A model generated the notes under the pieces. The model searched no databases. It worked only from the letters and a program-made list of their open reading frames with translations, and was not told the DNA's origin. The position numbers and the translations under genes were made by a program. A DNA stretch of 63,956 nucleotides, the filler included, from Platydemus manokwari (Eukaryota), in the NCBI GenBank assembly GCA_037951405.1. It is 5 parts of 5 records of this genome, joined end to end, with 100 filler letters (N's around TTAATTAATTAA, not from the genome) between each part and the next. Parts side by side here need not be neighbours in the genome. Positions count along the whole stretch, not along the records: positions 1 to 10,620 come from JBBMOY011118996.1; positions 10,721 to 21,347 come from JBBMOY011118441.1; 3 more parts are not named here. The stretch is one strand, 5' to 3'. Below, piece after piece: positions 1 through 12,676 of this stretch. Each line of letters begins with the position of its first letter. Position 1 is the first letter of the stretch.

Positions 1-1213
1 TCAACCAGTTCAAAATATGTGTTTAGAAGTAGAAATTTTTTTTATTTAAAATCAGTATTGATCATTGAATAATATCTAAAAATAATGAATATTTCGACTT
101 CATATGGATAAAATCGATATGTGCAAAAAATTAACGTATGACAGAAACCACGGAGTAACTGACAAAGCATGACATTTTTCAGCTGACTAAAGAAAACCCA
201 GAAATGAGTGTCAAGTATATATTTTTTTCATTGAAAAATCCTCATTGGTTTCCACTCCATTTCCATACAACATTCTTGAAAATACTACATTAGAAATCAG
301 ATCATTGGAAAGAAATCTGAACAAAACCAAGTCAATTGAAGCTCTTGAAGTAATTTATTTTTGTCATATTATTCATATCGAAATGATAAATCAGATGTTG
401 TGATTATATATTGTGATTGTATGATTATGAATTGTTTTAAGAACGTTTGAGAAACAAAAAAATAATTTGGTGATCTTGTACACCAATTGATATTGATCTG
501 AATTAGTATTGTTAAATACGAGTAGTTTTGATTTTTGTTCTTGTCTTGATTTACGATTTATGTTTTTCAAATCAATTTAACAATCATTTTGATCTGAAAT
601 ATTATCAATATTATTGTTATAATTCTGGTAAGCTTTGTTCTTGTTATTGTTTTAATTTACCAATGTTGTTTTTATACCAGATTAAGATATTTTAATTAAA
701 ATTTTTAAGATTTTTCTCATTTGATTTATAATCATAAATATTTTATTTTCGAGAATATTTTAAAACTTTTTAAACAAAAGCAAATTTCAGAATTCGATTA
801 CAAATAATATTGATTGCTTTTGGGTTTTATTTTATTGAATCATTAAAGTTGTTGACACGACTTCTTCAATTAGGCATAGAAATTAACGAAACCCGGTTAT
901 ATGATATTTTTGTATAACTGGTCTTATATATTTCTTAAAAAATTGAGATGAAAATTTCATGAAGATCTTGCTATGCACAAAATTAGACTTTGTGAAAAGA
1001 CATGCAGATCAATTTTAGGCAACTAAATAATTGGTCGAAAAGTTTTGAATTTCAAAAGATCTAAAAAATTATATATTCGAGTAAATATAAAATCGAATAT
1101 AAATATTAAATTCGTTTAAGTATAACCAATTATAAATCCCCTTGATTCGTTTGAACCAGTATCAATATTTATAAACTTCAAGTACTTCTCAATATTTAAC
1201 ATATTTTTAATTA

Positions 1214-2490
1214 CAGTATTCCTCCTCCTAACCCCACTTTTAGGGAATTGGAAAAATGTGGCGATTAAGATTATTTTTAAAGAAATAATAAAGAAGAACA
1301 ATCAAATGAAATTTTTATTTTTTTTATTATTCAATTGTCAAGTATGCAAATAGTTTTATTCTTCTTAAAGGCTTCTGAGATTTGGTTTTAGCTTTAAAAT
1401 CAAACATGTCGGGCTGGTCAAAGTACTTTTTATCAATTGAATAAAATTCCTTTCTAAAAATACTTACAAAGTTATGAACGTCATCATTTGATGATTCTTT
1501 TTCATCATTATCTAACTTAGTGGTTCTCAACACCGGAGTTGGAACTCCAAATGAGGTGGGCAAACTTTTTTAAAGAGGACACCGAATTATGGTAGGTGTA
1601 CAAACCATTACATGTGAAAAATCGTGTTATATGATGCTGTTAAATAAATAGTCTGTGATGGTGATTAAACCACTTCTGTGCAAAATTACCTTGATTTCTA
1701 CAGTAAAGTATTTTATCGGTAATGTTATTATCTGATAATCTTATTATTATAGGTAATTCATTGCTTGTTGTAAATCAATGAAATGTTGTAAATTGATTTT
1801 ATTAAATATGGAGAGTTATTACATATTTTTAGTAATATTGATTTTCGTTGGGGTAGCCAAGATCTTAAAAATGAGTTGCCATTGAAAAAAATTTGAGAAC
1901 TGCTTATCTAACTTATTATTACTTATAATAACTTCTTGAAATCCATCGATTTCTTTCAAATTTTTACTTTCAAATTCAAATTCTTCTTCAAAAATTACAT
2001 CGCCTTTAGTGAAACCTAAATACATAAATTCATATTCACCAAGAGAATCAAGTATCCGTGGTTTAGAAACGAATTCATTAAAATTATCAAACCATTCTAT
2101 TGTGAAATCACCACTTTCCTCATTGGTCCATTTTGGGTACAAGACCAACCGTTTGAATAAAAAATTCTTGTTTCTTCTGATATCATTGAAATTTCGTTTT
2201 TAAATTTACTGGTGAAAGCCTCTGCTACTCTGTTATCTGAATATGGAGGATAAGACGCATTGTACTTCAAAATTTCAATTTTTTCAGCAACAGATAACTT
2301 TACACACTTTCTTTTTACCCTAAATAAGGTCCAATGTAATTTTTTTCATAAACTATTAATATTAAAACAACGTGATCATGCCAAAAATAAAAATAAATCA
2401 TTAAAATATTCTTTTAAAAATGTGGCGGTTAGGAGTATTCTATTATAATTTTTAAACTTCCTAAAAAATTAGTGGTTAGGGGAGTGGCTG
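1214..2490 (-). mobile_element. Degenerate pogo/Tigger-like DNA transposon (internally deleted)
   Basis: Imperfect TIRs: ta|CAGTATTCCTCCTCCTAACC at 1214 versus reverse complement CAGCCACTCCCCTAACC ending at 2490. Subterminal repeats AAAAATGTGGCG(A/G)TTA occur near both ends. Minus-strand translation near 2320-2200 gives a CENP-B/psq HTH (KRKCVKLSVAEKIEILKY...NRVAEAF), followed after a frameshift by a DDE_1-like patch (FTIEWFDNFNEFVSKPRIL). Confidence 0.65.
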
Positions 2491-3714
2491 TTAAGAAGAA
2501 AGAAACTGAATTTTTTTGTCAATGTGTCGACTAATAAAATGTTTCGTAATAACCGTTTTAAAATTATCACATTAATTTTAAAGCATAAATTATTTTGCTC
2601 CCAATGAGACAATATTATATCAATTTTAGCTTAATCAATTATAGATTAATTATTTATTTGAGATATATTGATATTTCATCACATTCACGAGTAGCAAATG
2701 AAATGTTTTACCTATTGCTTTCATGTAGTGTTCATGGGTGGTTTGGAATTACTGTTATTTTTCATATCAACAGAACTAAGATAAAATTCCCAAAGAAAAA
2801 CATCAGAGGATTATACACACTTATAAATGTATTTGAAGCTTTTATTCAGTGAATATAGTATAATATATTACTCACTGGTGTTTAATAGTGTATATTTCAA
2901 TATTTATTGAGTGATTTTAAGAGTCCTAAAGACGACTCACTTCATAAATAAGCAAAACAAGATTTACTGGAAAAGAAAGAATTTAAAAAGGCACAAAAGC
3001 TCAATATTATTGATTACCTTTAAAATATACTGTTTTTATATTATTGTAATCCGCTCTCAAGTTTTGCTGTTATAATATTGAAACCACGTTTCATTCTACT
3101 TATTGAACCACACATTTGCATATATTTGACATTTTAAGCAGTACTAAATCCACAAATAATTCCAAACAATTTAGTTTTTAATTTATGGATTAAATCAATC
3201 GGTGTCCTTTTTTGTATTTCTTCGCATTTCAGTTTTTCGGACTTTTCTCTGTGAGTTCCACCAGAATTTTTATCCCTACAGCATAATCGGGTACATATTC
3301 ATTTTGAATTTAATAATATAATCGTATTATAATAGATTGATCACATATTTTTGGTAATCAATATTTTCCTCTGGATCTAGTAGACTTATGGTAAATAAAT
3401 TTCCTTTAAAATGACACCTGTTAGAGTTTTTGAGCTGTGATGATTGAATCGTAGAGAATTCCTCTAGTCGGTGTTTCTTTTAAGCAGGTTTCAGAGTTAA
3501 ATGGGAAATAATACTCACCATTCCGTAATCCACTGATTTAGATTCGAAGTTGATTCATTATCATTCACCACTTTATTGTAGACAGTTGTTGCAATGGTCA
3601 CACTTAATCAAATAATTTATTGTTGATCTTAAATTTTGCACGATTAAAATTAAAATGCGTTTTTTCTATTCGAACATTTTTATTGAAATTTATATAAAAT
3701 TTGATGTCCTAAGC

Positions 3715-4060
3715 GATCCTAATGGCCATTGAAAATCTGAAGGGGCAGCTAACAATTTCGATTCAGGCCGTACCAGAAGCAGATCTCCATGGTTAGCATC
3801 CTATAGCCTTAGAACAATGTAGGTAAAGGAAGTCCGCAAATTAGATTTGTACTTATGAAATGATTGGCTATTAGGGCAGGGTACGGTGGGATTAATCAAC
3901 AAGTCGATTGAATTGATTTAGAGCTGTTTTGATTGTGATATTTCTATTATTTCGTAATTGAAATTGAAGTCTATCAAATCGATTGATGGGCGAGTTTACC
4001 TATGATTTACAAGTTTTCGAATTTGTGATTCCTCGTCATACAACTAACTTAGATCTGGCG
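3715..4060 (+). pseudogene. Decayed 28S (LSU) rRNA gene fragment spanning the D8 region
   Basis: GGCCGTACC...GCAGATCTCCATGGTTAGCATCCT...AGAACAATGTAGGTAAAGGAAGTCCGCAAATTAGAT...GATTGGCT..TAGGGC and CTTAGATCTGG match the conserved eukaryotic LSU core (GCAGGTCTCCAAGGTGAACAGCCTCT...GAACAATGTAGGTAAGGGAAGTCGGCAA...CTTAGAACTGG), with many substitutions at normally invariant sites. Confidence 0.8.
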
Positions 4061-4064
4061 TATG

Positions 4065-4495
4065 TATTGCTGGGTTACAGAAGAATCGAAGGTTGCAATC
4101 TGCATTTTAGTAGAACGTATGAACACGAATAGCTCTAAACTCAACATAGACTTAACATAAAACATCAACATAAAATTTGCTTTCCATCCGGTAGTTGGCA
4201 TCTTTACATTAGTATTTAATCATATTTTCGTGTAATTTTTGCATCATGTTTTGATTTAATCTTTTATTTATTGGATTTATTGATTTTGTATGTTAGGAAT
4301 TGATCAACCCCTTTGCGTGTGTTACTTTGGCTATTTCCCTTTTTGGAATTATAATTTTCAATTTATGTCGGCTGTGATTGGTTAGTTGTTATGCATGCTT
4401 GGTTGTGTAGGCATGTAAATTCTTAAAGTACTAAAATGAATGTTCCAAGGTGCGAAATCGTTTTTTCTTTTTGTGAAATTTCAACTTTACTCAAC
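4065..4495 (+). repeat. Unclassified ~430-bp interspersed repeat, copy 1
   Basis: Aligns by eye to 59760-60180 (reverse), 36640-37122 (forward) and 38290-38490 (reverse). Shared cores include GTGATTGG..GTTG.TA, TTGTGTAGGCATG and TTTTTCTTTTTG..GAA.TTTCA. Confidence 0.75.
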
Positions 4496-5278
4496 AATAT
4501 ATGAAATCATTTTGTGAAAGATGCTTTTTTAATTGTGAAATGTAATTTTTCATTAAAGAATTTCACATTGTAAGAATTCATTCCTTAAAAAATCGACAAA
4601 GAAATTAATTATTTAATTGGTTTGGACCTAGACCAATCATTTCTCAGATCTTTTATGGACTAACTAACAAAGAAATTTGAATTTCAATAACAATAATAAT
4701 TAGAATCTAAACTATGTCATAAAATCAAGGTAACAAAATATAATTAGTAGTTTTGTGTGTCAATTCACATTGATCTGAAATATTATTTTTATTATATGAG
4801 TAGGTTTTGTTTGTGATTTTGATTTTATTAATAATTTTCGCTTTTTATATGAACTTAAAATGTTTTAAATAAGATTTTTAAGATTCGCAATTATAAATAC
4901 TTTATTTATTTTCTAAAGTAGTTTCAAGCCATTAAAACCTAAACCAATATTTACTTAATATTGAATATTTTTGTTTTGGATTTATTGTATCAGTGACGTT
5001 TTCAATTCGAAATTTGCAATTAGCACGATCTTTAATTATATACAAGTCAGATAGAACATTTTTCATTGGTTAAGGTAAGAGCAACTAGAGTCCCATATGT
5101 TTTATGAATTTACAAGTAAATCATTCTCAATCGAATAACAATGAAAATTCCAGTGTATTGTTTTATTTCTTAAGATTGTTAATATCGAAAAATGTTTTAA
5201 TTTAATTGGTAATGTATAACCATGAAATAATTTTGATTCAATATCCTTCATTTAAGTAAATCGATAATTTTATTAAGA

Positions 5279-6655
5279 ATGGAAAACTTCAATGCCGATT
5301 CACGATTGTCTGCTGACAATATTCCATATTCTTCTACAATAACTGCTTGGCATTGGGTCGTTATCATTGGAACAGCAGTTGGAACGGTTATTGATGGATT
5401 AATTCCACATAGTTTTGGAACATTTATTGCCAATTTTAAATCATCACCAAATAATCATTCAAATCCGTCTTTTTACCAAGCTTCACAATTTCAATTGGAC
5501 TGGATTCCTGCTTTATCCAGTGCTTTTCCATGTCTACTTTTACCATTGTTCACGATTCTCATTGAAAATCTGAATATTTCATATCAACTCTTTAGTGGAT
5601 TCAGTTTTCTAATAGTATCAGTCAGCTGTGGTTTGAGCTCAATTGTTAAATCATGGCCAATGCTTATTATTACTTATAGTCTCTTTTATTCAATGGGTTC
5701 ATGCTTATTCCTTGCTATAACAGTCGTGTTAGCTGCGGAATATTTCCCAATTAAACATCGGCTTTATGTATTTGCAACCAGTCTCTATCAGATTGGTTAT
5801 CCGCTAGCTTCTCTAATTGGCAATCCATTGATGGCTACTTTGATAATAAATTATGATTGGCACAATGCCTTCAAATTTATTGCCGTAGTTGATATAATAT
5901 GCGGTTTGGTGATTTCTTGTTTTATGAAACCTCTTAAAAATGAAAGCATTTTCAAATGTTTTCAAAATCAATCTCAAAAGGAAAAATGCCATGAAGAAGA
6001 AAACCAAAACAAGGAACAGTCCAGTGCAAAAGATATTTTGAAATATTTATTCTCTCATTGTGAGATATGGTCATGGTTTTTTGGAAAATATATCAATTAC
6101 ATGTGTTGGTATGGATTGAGAACAAATGTTGTTACATACCTTGTCAAATCAACGGAGTTCGGACTGACCAAGTCATCGGCATTGGTGTCAATATATGCTA
6201 GTGTGGAGATTGTTGTTGCACTCATTGCTTCAATAAGTGGAGATAGATTTCGAAAATGGCTCATACATATTCATATATTAGCAGCGATTTCTTTAGCTAT
6301 TCACACGGCTATCTATACATACGTTTTACACAATTATATTAGCGCTATTTGTCTCATGATCGGAATAGGAATTTCCATTCAGTTATCTTTGAGTTTTGGA
6401 TATCCTGCTTCAGTTCAAGTATGGAATTCGGAATCAAATATGAAAATTGGATGGGTTTTTACCAATGTTGCAGCTGGTCTTGGAATACTGACGAGTCCAT
6501 TGTTCAGTGGTATTTTAATGGATACATATGGTTTAAGATTTCTGTTTTATGCACAATTTTGTGGATGGACAATTCAAACTCTGCTATATGTATTGACTCT
6601 CGTCATTATGAAATACACTCGATCAGAGTTAAAGTATGACAAAATAGTAGAATAA
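5279..6655 (+). CDS. MFS transporter, monocarboxylate transporter (SLC16)-like, single exon, 458 aa
   Basis: Open ORF with about 12 hydrophobic segments in two bundles separated by a charged loop. N-terminal AWHWVVIIG...SFG resembles SLC16 TM1; EYF and SGDRF loop motifs; C-terminal SPLFSGILMDTYG. Confidence 0.85.
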   Translation: MENFNADSRLSADNIPYSSTITAWHWVVIIGTAVGTVIDGLIPHSFGTFIANFKSSPNNHSNPSFYQASQFQLDWIPALSSAFPCLLLPLFTILIENLNISYQLFSGFSFLIVSVSCGLSSIVKSWPMLIITYSLFYSMGSCLFLAITVVLAAEYFPIKHRLYVFATSLYQIGYPLASLIGNPLMATLIINYDWHNAFKFIAVVDIICGLVISCFMKPLKNESIFKCFQNQSQKEKCHEEENQNKEQSSAKDILKYLFSHCEIWSWFFGKYINYMCWYGLRTNVVTYLVKSTEFGLTKSSALVSIYASVEIVVALIASISGDRFRKWLIHIHILAAISLAIHTAIYTYVLHNYISAICLMIGIGISIQLSLSFGYPASVQVWNSESNMKIGWVFTNVAAGLGILTSPLFSGILMDTYGLRFLFYAQFCGWTIQTLLYVLTLVIMKYTRSELKYDKIVE

Positions 6656-9030
6656 ACAAACATTTTCTGAATTTGATTGATACCAGTTTTAAGCTTTCAT
6701 TTGTTAATTACGTTTTTTGGTTGTATTTTTATCAGAGTTATATTTTATGTTGTCGAAAAAATGATATTTTAATGGAAAATCTAGAAATACAAATCTTGAT
6801 CATGATTTTCTAAGATCATTAAGTATTAAAGTTCAGAAATGTTTTCAATATGTCAGTCATCTCTTTCATCAATGCTGTATTACGATTTTATTATACGAGT
6901 TTGACTGTTTATGCTGTTTAATTTTCACTGTTCCCTTGGTGAACAGTAACACAAGTGATTTTATCTGTACATAATTTGAATGGAAAAATCACTGGAAAAG
7001 AACGATTCGTATCGAGGAGATTATACGTAGTGATCGTATTGTATTCAGTGTATGTATTGAGCTGACTTTAATGATTTTATTTGCTGATGAACGTGCTATT
7101 TCATTAAGATAACTCACTTCTATATATTGTATTTAATTCAGTTCAATATTAGTTTGCTTGTTTAAGATGGTGTGGTTATTTGCTCAGACTAATTTAATCG
7201 TTTCAATGATATCGATCAATAAATTATAATTGATTGTTTCTACTGATAGATTTCTACAATAATTTTCTTATTGCTAATGTGGTGTTGGTTGAATAATGTT
7301 CGTCTCCTAATAATTCTTGTTATTTTGGTTATTTAATATTTCATTCTAATAATATTTTCCATTATTCCATTATGTTTTACCAATTTTCAATGTTCTTTAC
7401 TCTAGTATTTTTTTCACTGCACAATCCATTATACTTATTTTATTTTATATTAAATTAATATTTCTATGCTCAATATTTTGAACAAACTTCGCTACTTGTG
7501 TTGACATTGACCATTATGAAATACAATGTATTGTAGATCTAAATCAATCAAAATGATTATAAGAGCCAAGGAAAGAACTCTAAAAAAAGTCGATACACAC
7601 AGACCCGATAAGCACATGTGTCGTCCGCCAATCAGATTCGTTTTAATATTAATCCATATTTAGAAGCTAAGAATCGACAGGCACATATCTACAGATGGCA
7701 GGAAGCTCAAATAACTGTCAATGGCATGAGAGATGAAATGGAAATTTCAAGTAGACCAATCTACGAATAAATTCATCAAATAGAAAACGAAGACCCGTGA
7801 CATCAAGCTGGTATAACAGATAAGTCTATGAAAGAGGTTGAGTTCCATGAATAACTGCAGTCTTTTTGGTAGGTACCTTACTTGTTAAAGTTATGTTTGT
7901 GTGATCTTCAGTAATCAGTCTTTTTGATTACCTTTCATTCTATTTTTGACTTTCGGGTGCTGATCCCGTCTTGTGTGATTAACCATTGCGAGTTGTAAAG
8001 AGGTTTACTTGTAATTGTTGAGATTACGATTGTGATATTTTGCGTAATATAGTTTTCACATCTAACAACTCGATACTAGCGAAAAACTATAAAAGATAAA
8101 ATTTTAAAAATTAACAAACATATGTGGCATAAATAATTAAAAAAAAATTAAATTAAATTAACCTATAATATCTAAAATCGTGTAAAAGTATAAGGAAATA
8201 TACACGTTTATTTCATTTTTTTTATAAAGAACGTCCGTATTGATTATATGTATCGATGCATTGAAAAAGTTTATTATATGGCATCCTCTAATTTTAATAG
8301 GAAATAAGTAATCAAACTTAAAGATCAAGAATTTTTGTCTAAATTTAGTAAGAGTGATAATTTATTGACAAAATATTTATCTTGCAATATAATTACTACC
8401 ACAAATATTTATTCATAAACATTGATTATCGAGATACAAACACATTGAAATATGGGATATGTAAAGTTTTTTCCTTCAATCTCTTCATGAATGACAATTC
8501 GCTAGTTCAATCATGCAATCAATTAATTATGTCTCCACCTTTCAGTTGATGTTGTCTGGGATATCAGATTCCTCTATTTTTAGAGCTTCCTTTTTTGCTG
8601 TTTTCTTTTCCCTGTGGAGCCACCATTGAAGATAGCTCACATTAATATTCGACTTTTTACAAGCAAGAGCTATTTTATTTGTCATATAAATCAATAATAA
8701 TTTGAAAAATAATTTTTAATAAAAATAAACTTAAAATAAAGCTAAACTAAAATCGGACACCTTAAAATGATAAATAGAGCGAATAAATTAATAACAAAAA
8801 TAAAAATTTATTTATAAAAATTGAAATTTATTTAAGTACGCTAATTTTATATAGAAATTCCAAAATTAATTCATTATAATTTCTAAAAATTCACGGAATT
8901 TCTATAATAATAGATTTAATAAAACAAATTTTCTAAAATTAATTAAATTAATTTTTGGAAAATAAAAACAATTTTAATTTCGAAGTGGGAAAATAAAAAT
9001 ATTTTAATTTTCTTAATTAGAATTTTCACT

Positions 9031-10620
9031 TGTGGAATAGTATTAAAAGACTGCGAAAATTAGAATTTTCGTTCACGGAATCTAAGCGATAAAATCTTGA
9101 AATTAACGAGGAAAGCCTAGAGGTGTCTACGACAATACTTGTAGAGAGACAATTAATCAATAAGTTGAGAAAACTACATCGGAAAAAACTTGAGAATCTT
9201 TGGTAATATTGGGTGCTACACCAAAAAGGAGTCAATAGCAAGGTGCGAAGGATCAAGAAATTTACTTGATATAATATTTAAAAATCTATATTATTAAAAT
9301 CATATTTATATCATCCGATTCGTCAAATTAGAATGAACCACTACTCCCAATCACAAATTACTTGAGTTAAAATAACTTGGTTGGAAAAATTAAAGTGTTT
9401 GTTCTGCGAATAATTAACTAAAATAATTTTGGTAATTTGTAATTGTAATTTATCGAAGAAGTTGTAATTTCATTTGATTGTTTCAATGGAGGATTTTTCA
9501 TAAAACACTTTGATTTATAAAAATAGTTAATTGTTAAAAGAGAGTTAAATAATATTTGTTAAATAGATTCGTATTAGAACTCGTTAAACAATTTAATAGA
9601 CTGATAGCCGAGATGGCTAATTGGACTCACTTGTTGGGAACAGTATATATGCCCCAAAACCCAACATATAAATTTGGTGCCCCGAATGAGGACTAATTTA
9701 TCAAATAATTTGTGTGTACAATTCGTTAAATTCGAATTCGTTTTGTGATATAAAAGTATTGTTTGCTTTCAAAAATCGTTGATAATTAAATACAATCAGT
9801 GACGTTGGAAATTCGAATTATTCATAGGTTAAGAAATAGAGATACTTACGAAATAGAGAATATGGATGATAATAGATTAAATAATGTTGTTAAATTACCT
9901 ACAATTGAAGCATATTCCGAAAAACCAGAGGACTTTTTTGATAAATATGAAGCAACTTCTAAAGTTTACGGCTGGAATGACGTGCAGAGACTGACTAGAT
10001 TACCATTTCATTAAAAAGAATACACATTATATGTTCATAAGAATTTGATAAAAGGCAATCAATTACAACCTTTATTTTATGATGGGGTTAAAAAGGCTAT
10101 GAAGCGAGAAATGGTTATGGAAGAGGATTTACAAGCGATGTATACTGAATCATTTAGAAATAGATTTCAAGGATTAAATGAGTCTGAAGGTGCTTATGAA
10201 TTGGCATTAAATAAATTAGTTCGAGCATTTCAAATTGTGAGAGCGCTAGTAGGTCAACCACCATTACCACCTATGCCGATAGAATTTGTAAAGCAAATTG
10301 TCAGAAATCAATTTATGAGTGAAACACATGAATATATCAGAAACACATTGTTAACAATAGCTGTAAATAGTTTAGAGACTCTGGTAAAGAGAGCAAAGAA
10401 CATTGAAGTCCAGTATGGCAACAGAGATAATGAAATTAATCAAGTTAGATTTACTGACGATATAAAACCAATTTTTAAAAAAGAGTACGCCTGAAAATGA
10501 GGAAGATGATCAAAAGAAATTAGATGATAATGTAAAGTGGCATGATTTTAAAAGTTTATTAGAGCGATTCAAGTAGGAACAAAATACGGGAAATATGTTT
10601 AATAATAATGGGAATTGAAA
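9031..10620 (+). mobile_element. Gypsy-type LTR retrotransposon 5' part: LTR (~9031-9666), PBS, degenerate gag; truncated by the contig end
   Basis: Putative LTR TGTGG...CCAACA; PBS TGGTGCCCCGAATGAGG at 9675-9691. Gag-like frame 9862-10494 (PEDFFDKYEATSKVYGWND..RLTRLPFH*K...FRNRFQGLNES) has one in-frame stop. Confidence 0.75.
9675..9691 (+). promoter_or_regulatory. Primer-binding site, similar to the complement of the elongator tRNA-Met 3' end
   Basis: TGGTGCCCCGAATGAGG versus TGGTGCCCCGTGTGAGG (complement of the metazoan elongator tRNA-Met 3' end), located just after the LTR-ending CA. Confidence 0.6.
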
Positions 10621-10720
10621 NNNNNNNNNNNNNNNNNNNNNNNNNNNNNNNNNNNNNNNNNNNNTTAATTAATTAANNNNNNNNNNNNNNNNNNNNNNNN
10701 NNNNNNNNNNNNNNNNNNNN
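10621..10720. other. Artificial contig spacer (44N-TTAATTAATTAA-44N)
   Basis: Identical 100-nt structure occurs at four places; the 12-mer gives stop codons in all six frames. Confidence 0.95.
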
Positions 10721-11949
10721 TAATAAATTACAATATAAAATTACTTTATTAATACAAAATAATAATGATTATTTACATATATTTATAATCTCAAAAATTA
10801 TTATTATTTGAAATAAACATTTTTTAATAAAATTTTAGAAATAAATGTCATCGGTAATATTTTATTGATTTTTCAAAGAAAAAAATAGAATATGCAAACG
10901 AGATTAAAATGGTTGTTATAGAGAAAATTGTCGTCTAATGAGCTAGATCGGTCTCAATCAACATATGTGAAGCAATTAAAATTTATTCAATTTTCAATGA
11001 TATCAAATTTTGTTTTGCTGTCAAATTCTCCATTAACATTATCAAGTTTCTATTGATGATAAATTGAATGATCGAACCGGTTAATTATAAATATGAAATC
11101 ATTTTTCAACTCATCTGTTTGTTTTTAATGATATTCTCTGAAGAATTTCTGAGATTCAGTTTTATTAGACAGTTGAACAAAAGGATCAGAGAGGGTATTT
11201 GCAGTTGATATAACATGGGCTTCCAAGTAGTTTACTGGCCCAGTTTTAGCTGTAATATATTCCAAGTTTGTCTTACAGCGCTTTATGTCGATATTTTATT
11301 TGATATTAATCTAATTGTGTGTGTGAGGAATATGTTGGTATGGAAACAAGAATCGAGTAAAGCAGGTGCCAACGGTAAGTAATTGAAATAACGATAGGTT
11401 CTTTTATTTTTAATAGTGTATTCGAGATTCTATTCGATATTGATGAGTAGAAACAACCACAAAATCGGTCTCCATTAGTCTACTACCTCTAGGAATTGTT
11501 GCTGGTAAAATCGATATAGTGTAATGAAACTATAAAATATTACTTGATGATCATCAAATAAAGAAAAATCTAATTTTAAATTTACAGAAATAATTATTTA
11601 TATGATCACTTTGGCCGTCTTATTAAGATCATGTGCAAATACAAAACAATTTAAAAATAATTGAAATATATTAAAATCGATATTTAATTGACTTAGAAAT
11701 TTATGATATAAATCATTTCAATTTAATAGTAGTATAATTTTCGTAGAAATATCCTTACACATTATACGAGATATTATATTAAATCTGAGGTTATTATCAT
11801 AGATTTTATATAATTTATTCATCTAAATGGAAAAAATAGAAAAAGGCCTCGATGTCAATTGAAATTTTTTTTCCAACGCATTAAACTACTGACTAAGAAA
11901 TTATATTTTATATGAATAAAAATCAACGACAGCATAATGATCGTATTTA

Positions 11950-12450
11950 AATTCGATGTTGTTGTGATGACAAATAGAATACTCACTTCATTTACAAAAG
12001 ATGATTCTTTATCAAAGAAAAACCTAAAGACGGCTACTTGATATGCAGCCCATGCACAGAATTATGTTTTGAATATGAAGTTGATTTTGATAAAAAAAAT
12101 TAATATATTGTATAAAAGATTTTTTGTGAGAAAAATTTAACCAGAAAACTATATATCTACTCACGAGTAACTATAGCAACAACTTATGGAGGCAAAAGGA
12201 AAAACTTTCCATACAAGTTGTATACGGCGTCAGAGACAAGGTGATCCAAAATTCCATTAATAATGTCTTCTTGCTGACATTTAAAACCTAGGATAATATT
12301 TTGTAATCTCAAAGGAAACATAAGCTTTTTACTCTGAGTTAATCGATTATGTAGAGGAGTAGAATTTAATTAAATTAGCATTAACAGACATTAGATGAGA
12401 TTACACAATTGTTTCAATTAAACACCATGGATACCATTACAAAATTTGAA
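11950..12450 (+). mobile_element. Highly decayed LINE reverse-transcriptase remnant
   Basis: GGCGTCAGA..CAAGGTGATCCA (GVR-QGDP, RT motif 4) near 12227-12248 and an IDFDK-like patch near 12082; many stops. Confidence 0.35.
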
Positions 12451-12676
12451 TTCTAAAATCATTAACTCAGATAGGCACTGTAAAGTCATAAAAATTAAAA
12501 TGATTGGGTCTCAGAAACTGAGGAAATTCTTTATGAAAATCCATATGATTTACACAAGTGTTCTCTATAATCTTATCATTTAATAACTAAAACAAATACA
12601 TGTGCATGTATAAAGCCAATTACATTTGTAAGGGATATGGTTGCCAATGGTTTCGAATTAAATCAGAGAGAAATTA

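Noticed and set aside
1327-2148. Two minus-strand ORFs in one frame separated only by seven TAA codons, which read plausibly as Gln (possible TAA reassignment or CpA hypermutation)
   Set aside because: The segment lies inside a decayed pogo-like transposon, and TAA is the commonest stop in AT-rich DNA. The intact MFS and CDF genes terminate at TAA and use CAA/CAG for Gln, so the standard code holds.
10665-10676. Recurrent palindrome TTAATTAATTAA between N runs
   Set aside because: Assembly linker, not biological.
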